Assembly (NCBI RefSeq): GCF_009834535.1
Contig: NC_045696.1
Span: forward strand, 119,104,001 to 119,168,000
DNA length: 64,000 nt
Source: Camelus ferus
Taxonomy: Eukaryota
Direction: 5' to 3'
Below, in pieces: positions 59,696 through 64,000 of this stretch (its first letter is position 1; each line of letters starts with the position of its first letter). The translations under genes and the position numbers were made by a program. Below the pieces are notes generated by a model. That model had not been told where the DNA came from. It saw only the letters and a list, made by a program, of their open reading frames with translations, and ran no database searches.

Positions 59696-60862
59696 GAAGT
59701 CTTCAGAATTACCAGAGCCAGCCCCCTCATTTTACAGATCATAACATGGTGTCCCCAGGGGTTAAACAACTGGCTGTGGACACAGAGTGAGCAGCAAGAG
59801 CAGGACTAGAGGAGACCCCTGGACCCCGACCCAACACTCTTTCCACTGTAGCACAGAGCTGTAACCTTGGCCCCTCCGCCACCCGTCTCCCCGCCTTAGC
59901 CAGCTGCGATACCCTGCGATTTCTCTTCCCCATTTGCCTGCATTGCTTAGAATTAAGACAAACTGCGCTGCACTTACAAAGAAGTAGTAATACTACCCAC
60001 TTCTTACGGATATGTGGGAATTCAGAATGTCATGAAGTCCCCCATCCTACCTCCGAAGGAGCCAGGCAAGGAAGCCCAGGAAGGGAGACAGCTCTCTTAA
60101 GTCAAACGACGACCACAGGGATGTGTTTATCAAGTCCATAAGGGAGAATTCACATTTCTGGACTGTAATGTAAATCACCCAGAAAATCCAGTACAAAGTA
60201 CTTCCAGGGACTCTACCAAACAGACTGGAGGGTCCACTGTCTGTTGATGTTTCTGATATGAGTGATCTTAGCTGCGATGCCGGCCAGCTGGTGGCCTCTG
60301 CAGCTGTTCCCAGTTTTGCCAGAGCAGTGATTCACAGGCGAGACTCGCAGTTTGCGATTCCCCACGTGGGGTGAGAGGTGAGACTCGGGAGGGTGCTTGG
60401 ACCTGCCGACTGGAGCAGGGATGGACGAAAGGTTGTGAACCCACTTGCTCCCGAGGGGTAAACACTTGAGAAGCTGGTGTGACGACGGTGTTACCAGATA
60501 TTCTCCAAGAGCAGGTATTTACGGGTCTCGGGGATGAACACATCAAAGGCGAAGGCTGCAAGAAGGTTTGCCTTTTCCCTCCAAGCTGGAGCAGTGACAA
60601 CTAGTAAGAAGAAAAGATCGAGTGTGCTTGAAGGCAGGTTACTCACTGATCCCACACTGTAAATATTTTGGCAGTTTTGCCTGGTTTCTTGGCGTTAATA
60701 GGTTTATTTTGGGAGAAGTGACTTCTCTGATAGTTGTAGCTAAAGGATGCTTAGTAAGGAGTTGAATTGGCAGCTTAACTAAAGTAGAGAAGGGATCATG
60801 TTTTTTGGACTAAGTTTAAAATAAATCAATTTCAATAAATAATTAAAAGCAAAAGGTTCTAG

Positions 60863-61128
60863 AACAGATCTGTCCAAGAGAACTATAATAGCCCTTTAAT
60901 TAAAAAAATTTTTGTAGCTGCATTAAAAATTAAAATAGGTAAATGAATTTTATTGATCTATTTTATTGAATCCGGTGTATTCAGAATGTTGTTATCATTT
61001 CAACATACAATCCATAAAAAAATTCTTATTGAGATATTTTGCATTCTTTTTTTTATATGAAGTCTTTGAAATCTTGTGTGTTTCTCACACTTTCGGCTTG
61101 TCTCAGTTCACACTAGCTGCATTTCAAG
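60863..61128. mobile_element. MER33-like hAT MITE
   Basis: ACAGATCTGTCCAAGAG..TTATCATTTCAACAT..TGAGATATTTTGCATTC..AAGTCTTTGAAATC..CTAGCTGCATTTCAAGT. Confidence 0.72.
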
Positions 61129-62509
61129 TAGAAAAGAGGAATGAAATGAGGGAGGGAGGAAGGAAATGTTAAAGAAAACTTAAGACACCTTTTAAGCACA
61201 CACATACCTGTCAGGTCCTCATTGGCAATCTCAAAGGCCAAGCTTCCTGGTGGTCTATTTCAATAAAATATCACAGGCCAACTCAGAAAAGTCTTTTTTC
61301 CTGCATGTTTAAAATCCATCTTTCCCTTCCTGTGCCAACTGTCATTGATAGATGGCATTTTTCGGGTGTAAGTACACATTTCTTTTAGCCACGTTTCTTC
61401 TCTCTTCTGTTATTCTGAAGACTGTCCCTTGCTCATTTGCTCTCACCTAATTATTCTACTTGATATCATTTTCAGACTTTCCCCTCTTCCACTGGAATTC
61501 ACGGAAAGGCCGCTGGGAGGGATGCGTGCGTGGATCCCAGACTGCCATCAGGGGCTCCCTTTTTTATAGTAGGAACCAAAATGCCTCTTAAAATCAGTCT
61601 CCTGAGGCATCGTAGACTTCCCATCTCTTACATGGCAAAAAATAAACCGGAGGGGGCTGATGACAATTTTGCATGCAAATTGGTTGGTGAGTTCTTGCGT
61701 ACGATTTCTATTTCCATGCACCATTTGGGAACTTGTGCGTGAGCGCAGTCATTGTTCACGCAAAGCTGGAAATGCAGGTGCGAAGCCGTTTTTAGAGCCT
61801 GAGGACTGTCTGGTCCTGTCCTCGTTTGAGTTTGGTTGACTCTTCTGTGACATCATACACAGAAGAATTTTGCTTATTGAAAGGCATTTGCAGCAGATGG
61901 AACTTTTTGTCAGTCTTGTGAGGGTATATGTGCCTGTGTCACTGAAGACGTTGCGTGTCTCCACTGCAGAGAGGAAAGGGGAGTCCACGGATGTACATCT
62001 GCTGGTGTGTCTGCCGATGGTGCCTTTGAACCCACGAACGGGTTTCCTTTGTGGGGAGATGTCGTGCTGAGCCCAGAAAGAGTGGGATTTATTGTCATAG
62101 TCTTGGACGTGGTGCCTTTTTATGCTCCCCTCCTCCAAGTAAAGACTTTATTGATACACCAGTGTTAAAGCTCTGTTACAGAGTTGAGACCCTTATGATA
62201 ATTACTCAGGCCCAAAAAGAAATAGTCTGATTCCTCTTGTGTCCTGTGGAAATGCCAAATTGAAGTGTGCTTATTGCCTCTGGGCCGCCATGCTTTTGGG
62301 GAAGTTTCTTTTTCCCCGTTTTGCACTGCCTGGGGTTAGGAGGCACAGTCTTTGTCCTGTCATCTGACCATCTTCACAGAGCGACATTTTTACATCCTTC
62401 CTTTTTTTCCATTGTTACATCAACCTTTGATTTTTCTCCCAGCCAGTGGCAGATTTTCACATGTGGGAATTGTGGCTCGTAGCAGCTTCTTTTTTCTTCT
62501 TGCTGCTCT

Positions 62510-62930
62510 TATATCTCCTGCTCATACCAGAGGGGACAGAAAAAGGGAGGATGGTGGAACAGAGGTGACGTGTCCTTTCTCTTGGGGGTGCCGAGGTGGC
62601 AGGGTGACTGGGAGATGCAGCTGACACTGTTGGTGAGAAGAAGGGTTCCTGGAGATGCGTGGTGATGGTGGTTGCATTAGCAGGGCAAGTAGGGGTGAGG
62701 GTAGAGCTCAGTGGTAGAGTGCATGCCTAGTGTGCGTGAGGTCCTGGGTTCAGTCCCCACAATTCCCAGTACCTCCATTAAAAAACTAAGTAAATAAACC
62801 TAATTACATCCCCCTGCAAAAAACAAAAACAAAAAGTGCAAGTGTACTTAATGCCATTGAATCATGCACTTCAATATGATTAAAATGGTAACTTTTTGTT
62901 GCGTATATTTTACCATAATTAAAAAAAAAG
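62510..62930 (+). mobile_element. Ancient L1MB-like 3' end, interrupted by a SINE
   Basis: CTGGAGATGCGTGGTGATGGTGGTTGCA / GTACTTAATGCCATTGAA..TTAAAATGGTAAC..TATATTTTACCATAATT plus A tail. Confidence 0.75.
62692..62835 (+). mobile_element. vic-1-type SINE
   Basis: GGGGTGAGGGTAGAGCTCAGTGGTAGAG..GGTTCAGTCCCC..TACCTCCATT..AAACCTAATTAC; GCAAGT flanks; short internal duplication after the B box. Confidence 0.88.
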
Positions 62931-63319
62931 TTCCCTCTGGGTTTTACACTGGGTGGTGGTTTTCTAGAACCAAGTGTGTTTTCTTTCATCTTTATATGAT
63001 GGCTGATTGACTTTGGAACCCAGAACATTGGGGACCTCGGAGTTAAGTGCCCCCCAGAGTCACTGCAGGTAGCAGTTTGTGTTGGATTTTCTTTGATGGG
63101 AAAGGAGCTGGTGTGGTCATGACATGAGAGAATTTCTTCACTTAATGGTGCAAAGTTGTTAATGAGCTGTCTCCAGGCACTCTGGGTTGGCCGGCTTGTT
63201 GGACTCTGGCCTGGTGGAACTTATTTATTGGGAAAGACAGAAAAAAAGTGAATGAAGAATTTCTATGATGAAAAATCGTGAAAAATGTTATGAAACAAAT
63301 GATTAGTAAGTCATCGTAA

Positions 63320-63600
63320 GAACAGTGCTGTCCAGTGGAAATATATGTGAGCCGCATCTGTAAGTTGAAGTTTCCCAGGAGCTGCATTGAGGACAGGTAG
63401 AAACAGGTGGAATTAATTTTGATGGATTTTATGTAATCCTGCATAGATCTCAAATATTGTCATTTCAATGTCATCATTATAAAAAAGAACTTACTTAGGT
63501 ATTTTACATTCTTACTTTCATGCTAAGATTTCTTTGAAATCTGGTGTATGTTTTACACTCACGACACAGTTTGGACTGGCCACATTTCCAGCGCTAAAAT
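63320..63600. mobile_element. MER33-like hAT MITE
   Basis: ACAGTGCTGTCCAGTGGAAATATATGTGAGCCGCAT..TCTTTGAAATCTGGTGTATGTTTTACACTCA..GGCCACATTTCCAG. Confidence 0.75.
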
Positions 63601-64000
63601 ATTTCCAGTGCTGATTAATTTTTATTTTTAGAAAATTTTCTAACGACTTTATTGTGGTATAAGTGCTAATTACTTTTGTACAAAGTCTTGAGACTTTATC
63701 ATCGAAATCCATACAGGGTCCTAGTTACATTCTAAAGAGTTTCATTTCCATGTTCTTTGTACATATTCATTAGTGGCTGGGTTTTGATGCAGTCAGTTTA
63801 TTGTCGTCTCCACATCAAACGAGAATGTGTGAGCTATCGTGTTATCATGCTCGATTGAGAAAATGACATAGAATACTGACAACCAGCTTCCCTTCTGACT
63901 CACGCTAAGCTCTTCTAGGATTTGGTGTGGGTGAGTTTGGTTGGCAAAACTGAAGACCTGGTCATCCTGCGTGTCTCTCTTCTCCATCAAAAGTATTTTT

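Larger units (their letters stand above)
21991..64000 (+). other. RFTN1: RFTN1 intron 2 (partial; exon 3 beyond the window)
   Basis: Starts GTGAGG. The expected continuation peptide (..ELPGSSAVRLASL..) appears in no ORF-track entry and I did not see it in the sequence. Repeat-rich. Confidence 0.8.

Noticed and set aside
15866..62835. Nine tRNA-Ala-like sequences as tRNA genes
   Set aside because: They have A-rich tails, most have recognisable TSDs, they share non-tRNA features and diverge independently, so they are SINEs.
1..64000. CRISPR array, operon, prophage or other prokaryote-type system
   Set aside because: The DNA is mammalian and intronic. I saw no regularly spaced repeat-spacer array or gene-dense block; the recurring repeats are dispersed retroposons.

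Overview
This is mammalian, intron-dominated genomic DNA, most likely from a camelid (camel, alpaca or llama), judged by nine copies of a tRNA-Ala-derived SINE of the vic-1 type and artiodactyl-type L1 3' ends. The window holds the 5' part of RFTN1 (raftlin) on the + strand: a CpG-island promoter with an untranslated exon 1 (donor after 4015), a ~17.8 kb intron 1, the first coding exon (21838-21990, ATG at 21846, MGCGLNKLEKRDDKRPGNIYSTLKRPQVETK...) and more than 42 kb of intron 2. Exon 3 is not in the window. The rest is L1, L2, MIR, MaLR/ERV LTRs, hAT MERs, SINEs and microsatellites, and nearly all ORF-track entries are non-coding noise. I found no CRISPR array, operon or well-supported new multi-gene system. 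The best leads are a 29-codon uORF formed only by exon1-exon2 splicing that stops 1 nt before the RFTN1 ATG, a young SINE with a near-complete tRNA cloverleaf (Ala G3:U70 pair but AAC anticodon), a tiny L1 3' transduction, two orphan AT-rich insertions, a SINE dimer within one TSD, a twin-primed L1, an inverted L1 pair, three candidate poison exons and several TF-motif clusters. Repeat family names come from recalled consensus features, not a RepeatMasker run, so boundaries of old repeats are approximate.
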